Part shown: positions 9,483 to 18,985 of the stretch, one piece after another | Layout of the letters: every line of letters begins with the position of its first letter | Position numbering within the stretch: position 1 is the stretch's first letter | NCBI GenBank assembly: GCA_946533615.1 | Contig: CAMNBY010000320.1 | Location: forward strand, 1-38,454 | Source: an uncultured Clostridia bacterium | GTDB lineage: Bacteria; Bacillota; Clostridia; Oscillospirales; Ruminococcaceae | Direction: 5' to 3' | DNA length: 38,454 nt | Notes under the pieces: model-generated | The model's input: only the letters and a program-made list of their open reading frames with translations | Database searches by the model: none | What the model was told of the DNA's origin: nothing | Made by a program: the position numbers and the translations under genes

Positions 9483-10445
9483 TCATTTTGTTTTCTTAGC
9501 GATTATTTCAAGAAAGCCTTCGGCGTCGTCGTTCCAGCTCTGATACTCGGGGTCCCGGCGTCGGTCGGCGAAGCTGCCGAGGCTGTTCAGGTACTTGCCG
9601 AGATAGGCGGTGGCCTTGGCAGCTCCGTAATAGTTCAGGTGGTCGCCGCCGTCCCTGGTGTCGCGGCTCCAGTCGATGGAGACGTCCTTGGTGAGGGTGT
9701 TGAGGTCGATAAAGTCGAGGCCGTATTCATCGGCGAGCTTGGCGATCTCCTTGTGCCTTGCGTTGTTCCAGTGCTTTGTGTTCGGGCAGCTGAACAGCAC
9801 AAGCCTTGCGCCGTGCTCCTCGCAGTAGTCCTTTATCTTTTTGAAATATGACCTGTTGCGCGAGGGCAGGGTCTCGATCTTGAGCTTCTGCTTCATATAG
9901 CCCGTATTTGCTGCGGGCTTGTTTTTGAAGTTGAGCCTGTAGCCCTTGTAGTCTTCGGCTGTTCTTTCGTTGCTTTTGTCGCCCGTGGCTTGTCTTGCAA
10001 GCTGCTTCCAGCGGTCGTGATACTTGAAGATCGGCAGCACTCCCTCGGCCTTGTGCATGGCGGAGTCATCGAAATTGAACTTCGAGAACAGGGCATCGGC
10101 CTCCATCATCACAAGCTTTGGGGACTGACAGCTGAAAGCCTTGCGGAGCATATCCTCGGTGTACCAGAGCTTCTGGGCAGAGGTGCTGCAGCAGTAGGTC
10201 GGTATGCCGTACTCGCTCCAGATCTGCAAGGGCGATATGCCCGAATAGACAACGCTGTCGCCGAGGAAGATCACGTCGATGCTATTTTCCGCTTCGGCGT
10301 AGATGCCGTTGGATTCAATGGAATGGACGCCGTCGGCTATCGTGCCTTCGGCGGGAGAAAACGCCTTCGAGAGCAGGAAGAGCATCAGCACCAGCCCCAA
10401 GACAAAGATCAGGGCGCGTAATGCGTTTTTAATCACAGTTGGCAT
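9483..10445 (-). CDS. Membrane-anchored SGNH-family protein (DltD/AlgJ-like acyltransferase)
   Basis: N-terminal TM, FLGDS block I, DGGDHLN block V; start set at MPTVIK after GAGGAGG. Confidence 0.8.
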   Translation of the reverse strand: MPTVIKNALRALIFVLGLVLMLFLLSKAFSPAEGTIADGVHSIESNGIYAEAENSIDVIFLGDSVVYSGISPLQIWSEYGIPTYCCSTSAQKLWYTEDMLRKAFSCQSPKLVMMEADALFSKFNFDDSAMHKAEGVLPIFKYHDRWKQLARQATGDKSNERTAEDYKGYRLNFKNKPAANTGYMKQKLKIETLPSRNRSYFKKIKDYCEEHGARLVLFSCPNTKHWNNARHKEIAKLADEYGLDFIDLNTLTKDVSIDWSRDTRDGGDHLNYYGAAKATAYLGKYLNSLGSFADRRRDPEYQSWNDDAEGFLEIIAKKTK

Positions 10446-10456
10446 GACGCACCTCC

Positions 10457-12091
10457 TCAATACTGGGCGTACATCGGGTCAACGGGCTTGTAGCCGAGAC
10501 CGTATGCGCCAAAGATGATGATATACAGCAGCAGTGCGTAAAGCACAGCCCAGCGGATAACGACGTGCTTTTTGGAGAGGCTCTCCCTGATGCAGACGCC
10601 CTTTTCGTTCAGGACGCTGACAACAAAGATAATAAGCAGCGTGACGCCCACGATGGCAAAGTCGTACCTGTCGGCGTGAAGCGTTTTGAGCAGCCTGTTA
10701 TCAAGGGTGGAGAAGGAGAAGTCCGTCACCATTCTTTTGAAGAGGTCGAGCCCTGCGCGGAGGCCTCTTGCCCTGAAAAACAGCTCGCCGATAACGACCA
10801 GCACGCAGGTGCGGATAATTTGCAGCAGCCTGTACCAGAAGCGCTTGGGGTCGATGTGGAGCTTTTTGTTCACGGCCTGCACAGGCGGCTCGAGCATATT
10901 GCCTATCAGTATCAGCGCGAAGTGGTACATTCCAAAGAAAATAAAGCTCCAAGCAGAGCCGTGCCAGAGGCCGTTGCAGAACCAGACGCAGAACAGCGCG
11001 ATGCTTCCCGCAACAAGAGGGCCGTAGTGGTTTCCCAGCTTCTTTCTTGCGCTCGAGGTCAGCTTTTTCATTTTCTTGGCGGTGGTCACGGGGTAGAAGA
11101 TATAGTCCCTGAACCAGGCGCCAAGGCTGATATGCCAGCGCTTCCAGAACTCGGAGATGGTCTTTGAAAAGAACGGCCGCTTAAAGTTCTCGGGCATTGT
11201 GATGCCGAAGATCTGTGCGGTGCCGACGACTGCGTCCATCGAGCCCGAAAAATCCATGTAGAGCTGGACGGTATAGCAAACAGCGCCGATCGCGATGATG
11301 CCGCCCTGATAGTTGTTCTTGGTATCGAAAACGGCAGACACCAGCAGGTTTAGCCTGTCGGCGACAACGACCTTTTTGAGCATACCGAAAAGAATGCGCT
11401 GGAGGCCGAAGGTCAGGTTCCTGTACTCGATGGGCTTAACGTTCCAGAGCTGCTCGGCGGTCTCGCTGTAGCGGCAGATGGGGCCCTCGATGATCTGCGG
11501 GAAAAAGCTCATGAACAGCGCCAGCCGAAGCAGGTCGCCGTCGGCCTTTATCACGCCGCGGTAGACGTCCACGATGTAGGACACGGCTTGCAGCGTGAAA
11601 AACGAAATGCCGATGGGCATAAGATATTTCGGTATCTCAAGGCTTACGGACAGCCCCAGCTTGTTGAGCAGGGTGTTTACGTTCGTGGTGAAGAATGGCG
11701 AGTATTTAAGCACCAGCAGCAGCCCTATATGCAGCACCGCCGCAAGTGTGACAACGCCTCTCTGCTTTTTGACAAAGCCTGCTTTTGCCTGCTTGCGCTG
11801 CTCCTTCGGGAGCTCTGCCAGCTGTGCCTTCATCTGCCCTGAGAGCCTGTCTATCCAGATGCCGAAGTAGTGGACGGAGAAGGTCGAGATGATAAGGTAG
11901 ATCACCAGCTCTCCGCTGATGAGCCAGAAAAAGCCGTAGCTTGCCAGCAGCAGAAAGTATTTCTTCCATTTCTTTGGCGTGAGGGTATAGCCCACGATGC
12001 AGGCAGGCAGAAAGAGTATCAGGTAAAGCAGGGAAAACAGCGAGGTCAGCGACTTGCCCTTCCCTGCCAGCAGCAGTGAAGAAAGCTGCAT
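10457..12091 (-). CDS. MBOAT family O-acyltransferase (DltB/AlgI-like)
   Basis: PIGISFFTLQ, EGPI, DFSG, ENFKRPF, FWKRWHISL, GLWHG. Confidence 0.95.
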   Translation of the reverse strand: MQLSSLLLAGKGKSLTSLFSLLYLILFLPACIVGYTLTPKKWKKYFLLLASYGFFWLISGELVIYLIISTFSVHYFGIWIDRLSGQMKAQLAELPKEQRKQAKAGFVKKQRGVVTLAAVLHIGLLLVLKYSPFFTTNVNTLLNKLGLSVSLEIPKYLMPIGISFFTLQAVSYIVDVYRGVIKADGDLLRLALFMSFFPQIIEGPICRYSETAEQLWNVKPIEYRNLTFGLQRILFGMLKKVVVADRLNLLVSAVFDTKNNYQGGIIAIGAVCYTVQLYMDFSGSMDAVVGTAQIFGITMPENFKRPFFSKTISEFWKRWHISLGAWFRDYIFYPVTTAKKMKKLTSSARKKLGNHYGPLVAGSIALFCVWFCNGLWHGSAWSFIFFGMYHFALILIGNMLEPPVQAVNKKLHIDPKRFWYRLLQIIRTCVLVVIGELFFRARGLRAGLDLFKRMVTDFSFSTLDNRLLKTLHADRYDFAIVGVTLLIIFVVSVLNEKGVCIRESLSKKHVVIRWAVLYALLLYIIIFGAYGLGYKPVDPMYAQY

Positions 12092-12092
12092 A

Positions 12093-12323
12093 TCAATACT
12101 CCTCTTGCAGCCTTTCGATCATTTTCATGATCCTTTCGGCCGAGTTGAAATTGTCGGGGACGATCTCGACGGCAGGCACGGTGATGTCGTACTCCTCCTC
12201 GAGCTCGGCGATAAGCGAAATGATCGCGAGGGAGCTGAGGTAGTGACCGTCGATAAGGTCGGTGCAGCTGGCGTAGTCAACGTCGGGCTGAATGTCTTCA
12301 AGTATTTCGATAAGTCTTTCCAT
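12093..12323 (-). CDS. Acyl/aminoacyl carrier protein (DltC-like)
   Basis: Small acidic protein, LSSL at the phosphopantetheine position, PDNFNS; start MERLIEIL after AAAGGA. Confidence 0.85.
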   Translation of the reverse strand: MERLIEILEDIQPDVDYASCTDLIDGHYLSSLAIISLIAELEEEYDITVPAVEIVPDNFNSAERIMKMIERLQEEY

Positions 12324-12324
12324 G

Positions 12325-13509
12325 TTATAACATCCTTTCGTATTTTGGGAAATTGATCTCTCTTGTTTCAAAGCTTTGGCGGACACAGAACAGGCCGCCG
12401 TCCTTTCGGATATAAACTGCGGGAAGGTCGCGGCTGAGCAGCAGCGAGATGCCCTCGGTCATGCAGTAGGCGCCTGTGTTTTCAAAGCACAGCACGTCGC
12501 CGACCTCGATCTCGGGCAGGGGCAGCTGCTTGACGACGATGTCGTTCATCGAACACAGCGACCCGCAGACCGTCCAGAGCTTGTCCTGAACGGTGCCGCT
12601 TTTGCCGACGACTGAGAGCAGCGGCTGCTTCATTGCCATCTGCTGGCCGAAGTAGACCAGCTGGTGCATACCGCCGTCGATGAGGGCGTAGTTCACGCCC
12701 TTGTTGGTCTTGATGTCCACGATGTGGGTGTAGTATTTTCCGCAGCAGGCGGCAAGGCTTCGCCCAAGCTCGAGGACGATCCGTCCGCCGAACACAAGCC
12801 CCTCCAAAAACTCAGAGAAGCCCGCAAGCAGCGCTTCCTCGTCAAGCTCCTCGCCCTTGAAATATGCCACGGGGAAGCCCGTGCCGTATTCAAGCTCCTC
12901 GGCTTCAAAGGAATACTCGTTCTTCAGCTTCAAGAGGAACCTGTCGAGCATTTCGAGCTCGCGGCGGTATTTTTTCAGCGAGGTCTTCTGTGTGCCCGAG
13001 AAGAACTGCACGCCAAGAAGATCTGTCAGCGGGTGGGTGCCGCGTTCTTTTACGATAAGCTCGATGTCCTCGGCGTTCATTCCGAACTGGCTGTCGTTTG
13101 TGAGGCGCAGCAGGACCTTCAGCCGCCTTCCGTATTTTTCCGCGAGGCCGCAGAGCAGCTCGTACTGACTTGTGGACTCGGCGGTGAAGATGCCCTCGAA
13201 GGACTCGTCCGCGACCAGCGCCTCGATGACCTCGGGTGTCTTGTACACTCCCGAGATGACCATTTTGCGGCTGTCGATCTCAAGCCTGCGACAGATGTCC
13301 GCCTCTCCTGGCGAGCAGATCTCGAAGCGCTCGACCTCGTTTTCCAGCTCCTTCGGGATAAAGGGGTTGGCCTTCACGGCGTAGCAGAGCTGAACGCCCG
13401 CAGGCAGATGAGCCCTGAGATAAGCGCACCTGTTTTTAAGCGCTGCCGAATCAAAGACGTAAAAAGCGTTCTTCTCTCGGCCGAGCATCAGTTCAAGGTC
13501 ACGATCCAC
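12325..13509 (-). CDS. PLP-dependent fold-type III decarboxylase (LysA/BtrK/VinO-like)
   Basis: YAVKAN, SQFG, ELGR, CGSLCSMND, TGAY; usual HxGSQ replaced by FSGTQ; GTG start after GGAGG. Confidence 0.85.
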   Translation of the reverse strand: MDRDLELMLGREKNAFYVFDSAALKNRCAYLRAHLPAGVQLCYAVKANPFIPKELENEVERFEICSPGEADICRRLEIDSRKMVISGVYKTPEVIEALVADESFEGIFTAESTSQYELLCGLAEKYGRRLKVLLRLTNDSQFGMNAEDIELIVKERGTHPLTDLLGVQFFSGTQKTSLKKYRRELEMLDRFLLKLKNEYSFEAEELEYGTGFPVAYFKGEELDEEALLAGFSEFLEGLVFGGRIVLELGRSLAACCGKYYTHIVDIKTNKGVNYALIDGGMHQLVYFGQQMAMKQPLLSVVGKSGTVQDKLWTVCGSLCSMNDIVVKQLPLPEIEVGDVLCFENTGAYCMTEGISLLLSRDLPAVYIRKDGGLFCVRQSFETREINFPKYERML

Positions 13510-15025
13510 GGCCTGCACCTCCCAGCTGTTCTATGGTCTTTCGCCTGTCGATCTTGCCGTTTTTGTTAAGCACGATCTCGTCGAGCTTTCTTAAATATCC
13601 GGGTATCATGAAGACGGGCAGCACAGCCTTCATTGCGGCGTGAAGGTCGTTCTTGTCGATGGTCCCGAGGTAGTAGCCCTTGAGGCGCTGTTTCTTTTCG
13701 TCAAAGTCGCAAAAGCAGCGCTCGACGCCGTCTATCGCAGCCATTGCCCGCTCTATCTCTTCAAGCTCTATCCTGTGTCCCATGTACTTGACCTGATGGT
13801 CTGCTCTTCCGCAGAAGACGAGCTCGCCGCGATCGTTGTAAAAGCCAAGGTCGCCTGTAAGGTAGACGGTCTCGGGGTATCTGTCGTTCAGCGGGTTCCG
13901 GACAAAGCACTCGCTGTTCTTATCGTCAAGGCGGTAATAGCCGAGAGCGAGAGCTGTTCCCCTGACGGTTATCACGCCCGTTCTTCCCTGCTCTGTCACA
14001 AGCTCCCTGCCGTCAGCCAGCAGGAAGACGTCCTCGTTCGGGAAAGGCACACCCACAGGAATGCCCTCGGAATAGTCCCTGCCCTTTTCGAGAATGTGGT
14101 AGGTGCAGTTGCAGGTTATCTCTGTGGGGCCGTAGAGGTTGACGTACATCGCATCGGGAAGGTGCTTCTGCCATTGCAGCAGGTGCTTGTGCGGCATGAC
14201 CTCTCCGCTGAAAAGTATCTTGTTCACCGTTTCGGGGGTCTTGTAATCAAGGCCGTGGAAGGTGCTTATCAGGCAGAGTGCCGACACCGCCCAGATCATG
14301 GTGGTGGTCTTGTTGTCGCAGAGGTAGTCGATAAGCTTTGCGGGCGCCGAGAACAGCTGCCTCGGCACTATGACAAGCTCGGCGCCGACCGCGATGGCCG
14401 AATAAATATCCTTTACGGAAACGTCGAAATCGAAGGGCGCCTGATTTGCGATGACGTCCTTCTCGGTGATGCCGAAAAGCTCCGTGAAGCAGGAGATGAA
14501 ATCTATCACGCTCCTGTGACAGACGGCGATGCCCTTCGGCGTTCCTGTCGATCCCGAGGTGAAGTTGACGTACAGCGGGTCGGTGTCGATCATTCGGCTC
14601 TGTATCCTTTCAAGAGCGGCGCTGTCCTCCTCGTGCCCGGCAAGCTCGGCGGCGGTCAGTATCTCCGCTTTCGGGAAAAGCTCCGCGGCCTTTTGGCGAA
14701 GCTCGTCGGTGGTGATGACCGTGCCCGCCCCGAGCACACGACAGATATCCGACAGCCTCCCGTCGGGCAGCTCGGTATTAAGCATCGTGTAGAACCCGCC
14801 CGCACAGACCGTCCCGAAGAACGAGCAGAGGGCGTCGATGCCCTTTTCCATATATATCCCGACAGGCGCCCTCGGGGCGATGTGACCGACAAGCGCGGAA
14901 CCGATGCGGCGGCTTTGAGCCAGCAGCTCCGCATAGGTCAGGTGGCGCTCGTTCTCGGTTACAGCCCGCTTATCGGGTCTTTCGGCGGCGCTTTTTTCAA
15001 GCAGCCTGAGTATATTTGTTATCAT
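13499..15025 (-). CDS. Stand-alone amino-acid adenylation enzyme (DltA-like)
   Basis: LTYAEL, FTSGSTGTPKG, FDVS, NLYGPTE, YLTGDL, GHRIELEEIE, NGKIDR; promoter TTGACT(15104)-17-TATAAT(15081). Confidence 0.93.
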   Translation of the reverse strand: MITNILRLLEKSAAERPDKRAVTENERHLTYAELLAQSRRIGSALVGHIAPRAPVGIYMEKGIDALCSFFGTVCAGGFYTMLNTELPDGRLSDICRVLGAGTVITTDELRQKAAELFPKAEILTAAELAGHEEDSAALERIQSRMIDTDPLYVNFTSGSTGTPKGIAVCHRSVIDFISCFTELFGITEKDVIANQAPFDFDVSVKDIYSAIAVGAELVIVPRQLFSAPAKLIDYLCDNKTTTMIWAVSALCLISTFHGLDYKTPETVNKILFSGEVMPHKHLLQWQKHLPDAMYVNLYGPTEITCNCTYHILEKGRDYSEGIPVGVPFPNEDVFLLADGRELVTEQGRTGVITVRGTALALGYYRLDDKNSECFVRNPLNDRYPETVYLTGDLGFYNDRGELVFCGRADHQVKYMGHRIELEEIERAMAAIDGVERCFCDFDEKKQRLKGYYLGTIDKNDLHAAMKAVLPVFMIPGYLRKLDEIVLNKNGKIDRRKTIEQLGGAGRGS

Positions 15026-15248
15026 AAAATCAAACCCATTCCGATCTTTGATATATAATTTGTGCATACATATTTATTATACATCTCGATTTGAGCATAG
15101 TCAAGTGTTTTGCGCACATACTAACTAAAAATGACAATTTTTCGCCTTTCCGATAAAATGCTTATGGCGGCGGGTTTTCGCGGCTTTACTTTTTTTCGTG
15201 AATGTGGTATAATAACCGTGATATAGTCTATGAAAGGAGACCGCCTGA

Positions 15249-15881
15249 ATGAAAAAGAGTATCATTGCCGCCCTGCTGTGCTGCGGGCTGCTTTGCGGGT
15301 GTTCCGATGCTACGGACAAGACGGATTCGGAGCTTAAAAAAGAGCTCGGCCTGACAGACGCGCCCTCTCAGAGCGCCGAGGTCGTCGAGGAAGCCGACGG
15401 TACGGTAAAGAAGATGAAGAACATCTCGGGGCTGACCGACCCGAAGAGCTTCACGGCCACCACCCTTGAGGGCGCCGAGATCAGCGAGAGCGAGTTTGCA
15501 CGCGCCGATGTGACAGTCATAAACATCTGGGGGACGACCTGTCCGCCCTGCATTGCCGAAATGCCAGAGCTTGCGGAGTTCCGCCGATCGCTTCCGGAGA
15601 ACGTTGCGCTGATGACCTGGTGTCTTGACGGGGGATTTTATCCCGACCAGGCACAGGCTATCCTTAACGATGCGGGCTTTGACGGCCTGACGATAATCTC
15701 GGCAGAGGGCGACCTTGCGTCGCTTGGCTCTTCCATCATGTTCACTCCCACCACGGTCTTTGTGGACAGCGAGGGGAACATCATGGGCGACGCCATCATC
15801 GGCGCGGGAAATGTTACCGAAAAATACACCGAAAAAATAAACAACTGCTTGCTCTCCCTTGGAAAAGAGGCAATGAAATGA
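15249..15881 (+). CDS. TlpA/ResA-like thioredoxin-fold lipoprotein
   Basis: Lipobox LCGC, NIWGTTCPPCIAEMPEL, PTTVFVD. Confidence 0.9.
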   Translation: MKKSIIAALLCCGLLCGCSDATDKTDSELKKELGLTDAPSQSAEVVEEADGTVKKMKNISGLTDPKSFTATTLEGAEISESEFARADVTVINIWGTTCPPCIAEMPELAEFRRSLPENVALMTWCLDGGFYPDQAQAILNDAGFDGLTIISAEGDLASLGSSIMFTPTTVFVDSEGNIMGDAIIGAGNVTEKYTEKINNCLLSLGKEAMK

Positions 15882-16024
15882 GCGCCCGTGCAAGACTTTG
15901 CGCAAGGCTGGGAGCGCTGGTGCTCGGGTCCGGCTTCGTTGCCTTGGGGATATGGAGAAATGAAGTCACCGAGGTCTTTGCAAAGGCGGTGAGGATATGT
16001 CTCGAATGCATCGGGATAGGCTGA
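15878..16024 (+). CDS. Small membrane CXXC peptide (CD1871A-like), 48 aa, absent from ORF track
   Basis: Manual translation MSARARLCARLGALVLGSGFVALGIWRNEVTEVFAKAVRICLECIGIG*; ATGA overlap with upstream stop. Confidence 0.85.
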   Translation: MSARARLCARLGALVLGSGFVALGIWRNEVTEVFAKAVRICLECIGIG

Positions 16025-16893
16025 AGCGCCACGGCAGGATAAGGCTGGCGGTGCAGCTCGGGTTCGCGGCTCTGTTCAACGGCTACGCTGCGGGCTTCAA
16101 GGGCGGGCGCATCTTCACGGGAGACAGCAAGAAGCTCTGCGTGCCTGTGCTGAACTGCTACTCATGCCCGGGAGCGCTCGGGGCCTGCCCGATCGGGTCG
16201 ATGCAGGCTGTCGCCGCAGGCGCAAGGCATAGCTTCTCCTTCTACGTTCTCGGGACGCTGGTGCTTTTCGGGGTGATCTTCGGAAGGCTTATCTGCGGGT
16301 TTTTATGTCCCTTCGGCCTGGTGCAGGATCTGCTGTACAAGCTGCCCCTGCCAAAGCTCAAGATGCCAAGAAAGCCCGACCGCGTGCTCAGGCTATTTAA
16401 ATATGCGGTGCTGGCGGTGTTCGTGCTGATACTTCCTGCGGCGGCGGTGAACAAATACGGACTTGGGGACTCATGGTTCTGCAAATACATCTGCCCTGCG
16501 GGGACGCTTGAGGGCGGCCTGCCGCTGACAGCCCTGAACGAGCAGCTGCGGCAGCTGACGGGTACGCTTTTTCTGTGGAAGGTCGGAGTGCTTTGTGCTG
16601 TCGTCATCGGCGCTGTGTTCATACACAGGTGCTTCTGCCGCTATCTGTGCCCGCTCGGAGCGCTTTACTCGCTCTTCAACCGCTTTGCGCTTTACCGAAT
16701 GGACGTTGACGAGCACAGCTGCGTTGGCTGCGGCAAATGCGACGCGGTCTGCCCGATGGCGGTGGACGTCAGGAAGCAGATAAACAGCGCTGAGTGCATT
16801 CGCTGCGGACGCTGCAAGGCCGCCTGCCCGACAAAGAGCATAACCTCGATGATAGAATTTATCCCGAAGAAGCAGACTGAGGAAAAGAAATGA
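15997..16893 (+). CDS. Membrane 4Fe-4S binding protein (NapH/YccM-like)
   Basis: CYSCP, CGFLCPFG, CKYICPAG, CRYLCPLG and two CxxCxxCxxxCP motifs, several TMs. Confidence 0.9.
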   Translation: MSRMHRDRLKRHGRIRLAVQLGFAALFNGYAAGFKGGRIFTGDSKKLCVPVLNCYSCPGALGACPIGSMQAVAAGARHSFSFYVLGTLVLFGVIFGRLICGFLCPFGLVQDLLYKLPLPKLKMPRKPDRVLRLFKYAVLAVFVLILPAAAVNKYGLGDSWFCKYICPAGTLEGGLPLTALNEQLRQLTGTLFLWKVGVLCAVVIGAVFIHRCFCRYLCPLGALYSLFNRFALYRMDVDEHSCVGCGKCDAVCPMAVDVRKQINSAECIRCGRCKAACPTKSITSMIEFIPKKQTEEKK

Positions 16894-17333
16894 GAATTGG
16901 ACTAATAAATCTTTTGGGTCTCGCCGTGGTGGTGTTGATGCTGATACCGAACATCATCTACGCGATAAAAAACAGAGGCGGTAAAAACCTCTGCACAAAC
17001 AAGCTGATGAACCTTACCGAGCAGGTCGGGCTGTACGGCTGTATCGTACTGATGTGCCTTCCGCTGGGTATTCGCAAATTCGGCTTTCACACGCTTGCGG
17101 ATCTTTTTATCTATCTTGGCGGCAACGTGATGCTTTTGGCTGCCTACTGGGTGGTGTTCGCGCTCTATCTGAAAAAGAAAACACCGCGACGGGCTATGGC
17201 TCTGGCTGTGATACCCTGCTGTATTTTCCTGCTCTGCGGCATCACTCTTTGGCACTGGCTGCTTGTGGTGTTCGGCGCGGTCTTTGCCCGGGCTCATATT
17301 TATGTGACAAAGAAAAATCTTCCGGAGGAATAA
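16890..17333 (+). CDS. Hypothetical integral membrane protein
   Basis: About 4-5 hydrophobic segments, ATGA coupling to upstream gene. Confidence 0.7.
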   Translation: MRIGLINLLGLAVVVLMLIPNIIYAIKNRGGKNLCTNKLMNLTEQVGLYGCIVLMCLPLGIRKFGFHTLADLFIYLGGNVMLLAAYWVVFALYLKKKTPRRAMALAVIPCCIFLLCGITLWHWLLVVFGAVFARAHIYVTKKNLPEE

Positions 17334-17343
17334 AACAGATCCC

Positions 17344-17377
17344 GCGGCAGGCTGTGTTTTTGCAGCCTGCCGCTTTT
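17344..17377 (+). terminator. Rho-independent terminator
   Basis: GCGGCAGGCTG / CAGCCTGCCGC plus TTTT. Confidence 0.8.
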
Positions 17378-17462
17378 GCTTTCGGCAAGGAGACTGCCTC
17401 CAAACAATGTACAAAAACGCAGGCGGTATTTTGTGCATCTCTACAAAGTTGTCCGCAAAGTC

Positions 17463-17501
17463 TTGACAAATCAAATTAAATTGTGTACAATTTAATTGTA
17501 C
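17463..17501 (+). promoter_or_regulatory. Promoter with OhrR-type operator
   Basis: TTGACA-17-TACAAT; perfect TACAATT-T-AATTGTA (17486-17500) plus adjacent imperfect copy. Confidence 0.8.
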
Positions 17502-17570
17502 TAAACAGTACGGCGGATATAACCGTCAATGCAGGGAATAATAAAACACACCGAAACGGAGGTAATCATC

Positions 17571-18113
17571 ATGAGCATTTACGACTACACTGTACCGAGA
17601 CCCGACGGCACCGAGCTTTCGCTCTCAGACTTCAAGGGAAAGGTCATTCTTATAGTAAACACTGCCACAGGCTGCGGCTTCACACCGCATTACAAGCCGC
17701 TGGAGGAGATGTACGAAGCCCTGCACGATAAGGGGCTGGAGATAATCGACGTGCCCTGCAACCAGTTTGCTGGACAGACCCCGGGCACAGACGACGAGAT
17801 ACACGAGTTCTGCACCCTGAAATACAACACACAGTTCCCGCAGATGAAGAAGAGCGACGTGAACGGCGAGAACCAGCTGGCGCTCTTTGGCTATCTCAAG
17901 GAGCAGAAGGGCTTCGAGGGCTTTGGAAAGGGCGCAAAGGCGCTGGCGATGAGCGCTATGTGCAAGGCCCGTGACAAGGACTACAAAAACAATCCCGACA
18001 TCAAGTGGAACTTCACGAAGTTCGTAGTTGACCGCGAGGGCAGGGTCGTTGCACGCTTCGAGCCCACCGCAGACATGGGCAAGCTCAGAGAATTCATTGA
18101 GGGGCTGATCTGA
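17571..18113 (+). CDS. gpx: Glutathione peroxidase family protein (Cys-type)
   Basis: VNTATGCGFTP, PCNQF..Q.PG, IKWNFTKF; ATG after GGAGG. Confidence 0.95.
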   Translation: MSIYDYTVPRPDGTELSLSDFKGKVILIVNTATGCGFTPHYKPLEEMYEALHDKGLEIIDVPCNQFAGQTPGTDDEIHEFCTLKYNTQFPQMKKSDVNGENQLALFGYLKEQKGFEGFGKGAKALAMSAMCKARDKDYKNNPDIKWNFTKFVVDREGRVVARFEPTADMGKLREFIEGLI

Positions 18114-18967
18114 TGGCAAGATACGACATCGCGATCATCGGCACGGGACCCGCAGGGGTCTCGGCGGCGATAACCGCGAAGATACGCAACAAGACGGTGC
18201 TGCTGCTCGGCAAGAGCACCCTCACGGGAAAGCTTGTGAAGGCTCACAGGATAGACAACTATCCGGGATTTCCGCAGGTAAAGGGCGAGGAGCTTGCCGC
18301 AGCGCTTAAAAAGCATCTTGAGGTCATGGAGATACCGATAACCGAGGACAGGATCACCGCTGTTTACGCCATGGGAGATTTCTTCGGGCTCCAGGGAGCT
18401 TCCGGCGAGATGTACGAGGCTCGCTCCGTGATACTTGCAACGGGCGTTGTTCAGGCGAAGACCTTCCCCGGCGAGGCGGAGTTCCTCGGCAGCGGAGTGA
18501 GCTACTGTGCGACCTGTGACGCACCGCTTTACAAGGGCAAGACCGCTGCGGTGATCGCCGACAGCCCCAAGGAAGAGGCCGAAGCGGCATTCCTCTCCGA
18601 GGTCTGCGAGAAGGTGCTGTACTTCCCTCTCTACAAAGAAGAGCCGAAGCTGCCGGCAAACGTAGAGGTCATCAAAGAAGCACCGAAAGCCATTGAGGCC
18701 GCAGGCCTCGGAAAGAAGAGCGTTGTCACCGAGGGCGGCAGCTACACTGTGAACGGCGTGTTCGTCCTTAGAGAAGCGATCGCCGCAGGCCAGCTTGTAC
18801 CCGGGCTTGCGATGAACGGAGCTCACATCTCCGCCGACAGGCAGATGAAGACCAACATTGCGGGACTTTTTGCTGCGGGCGACATCACGGGCAGACCCTA
18901 TCAGTATATCAAGGCCGCGGGTGAAGGCAACGTTGCGGCGCTCTCGGCAGTAGACTATCTTAAATAA
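18113..18967 (+). CDS. trxB: Thioredoxin reductase-like FAD oxidoreductase
   Basis: IIGTGPAG, ILATG, GVSYCATCD, FAAGD. Confidence 0.85.
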   Translation: MARYDIAIIGTGPAGVSAAITAKIRNKTVLLLGKSTLTGKLVKAHRIDNYPGFPQVKGEELAAALKKHLEVMEIPITEDRITAVYAMGDFFGLQGASGEMYEARSVILATGVVQAKTFPGEAEFLGSGVSYCATCDAPLYKGKTAAVIADSPKEEAEAAFLSEVCEKVLYFPLYKEEPKLPANVEVIKEAPKAIEAAGLGKKSVVTEGGSYTVNGVFVLREAIAAGQLVPGLAMNGAHISADRQMKTNIAGLFAAGDITGRPYQYIKAAGEGNVAALSAVDYLK

Positions 18968-18985
18968 AAAACGGAGGTAACAATT

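Noticed and set aside
9483-15025. Canonical dltABCD or lysA naming
   Set aside because: A-domain pocket differs from DltA, extra decarboxylase present, and the PLP enzyme lacks the LysA HIGSQ motif
15878-18113. Selenocysteine recoding in the redox genes
   Set aside because: Active-site codons are TGC/TGT; TGA codons fall at expected protein ends
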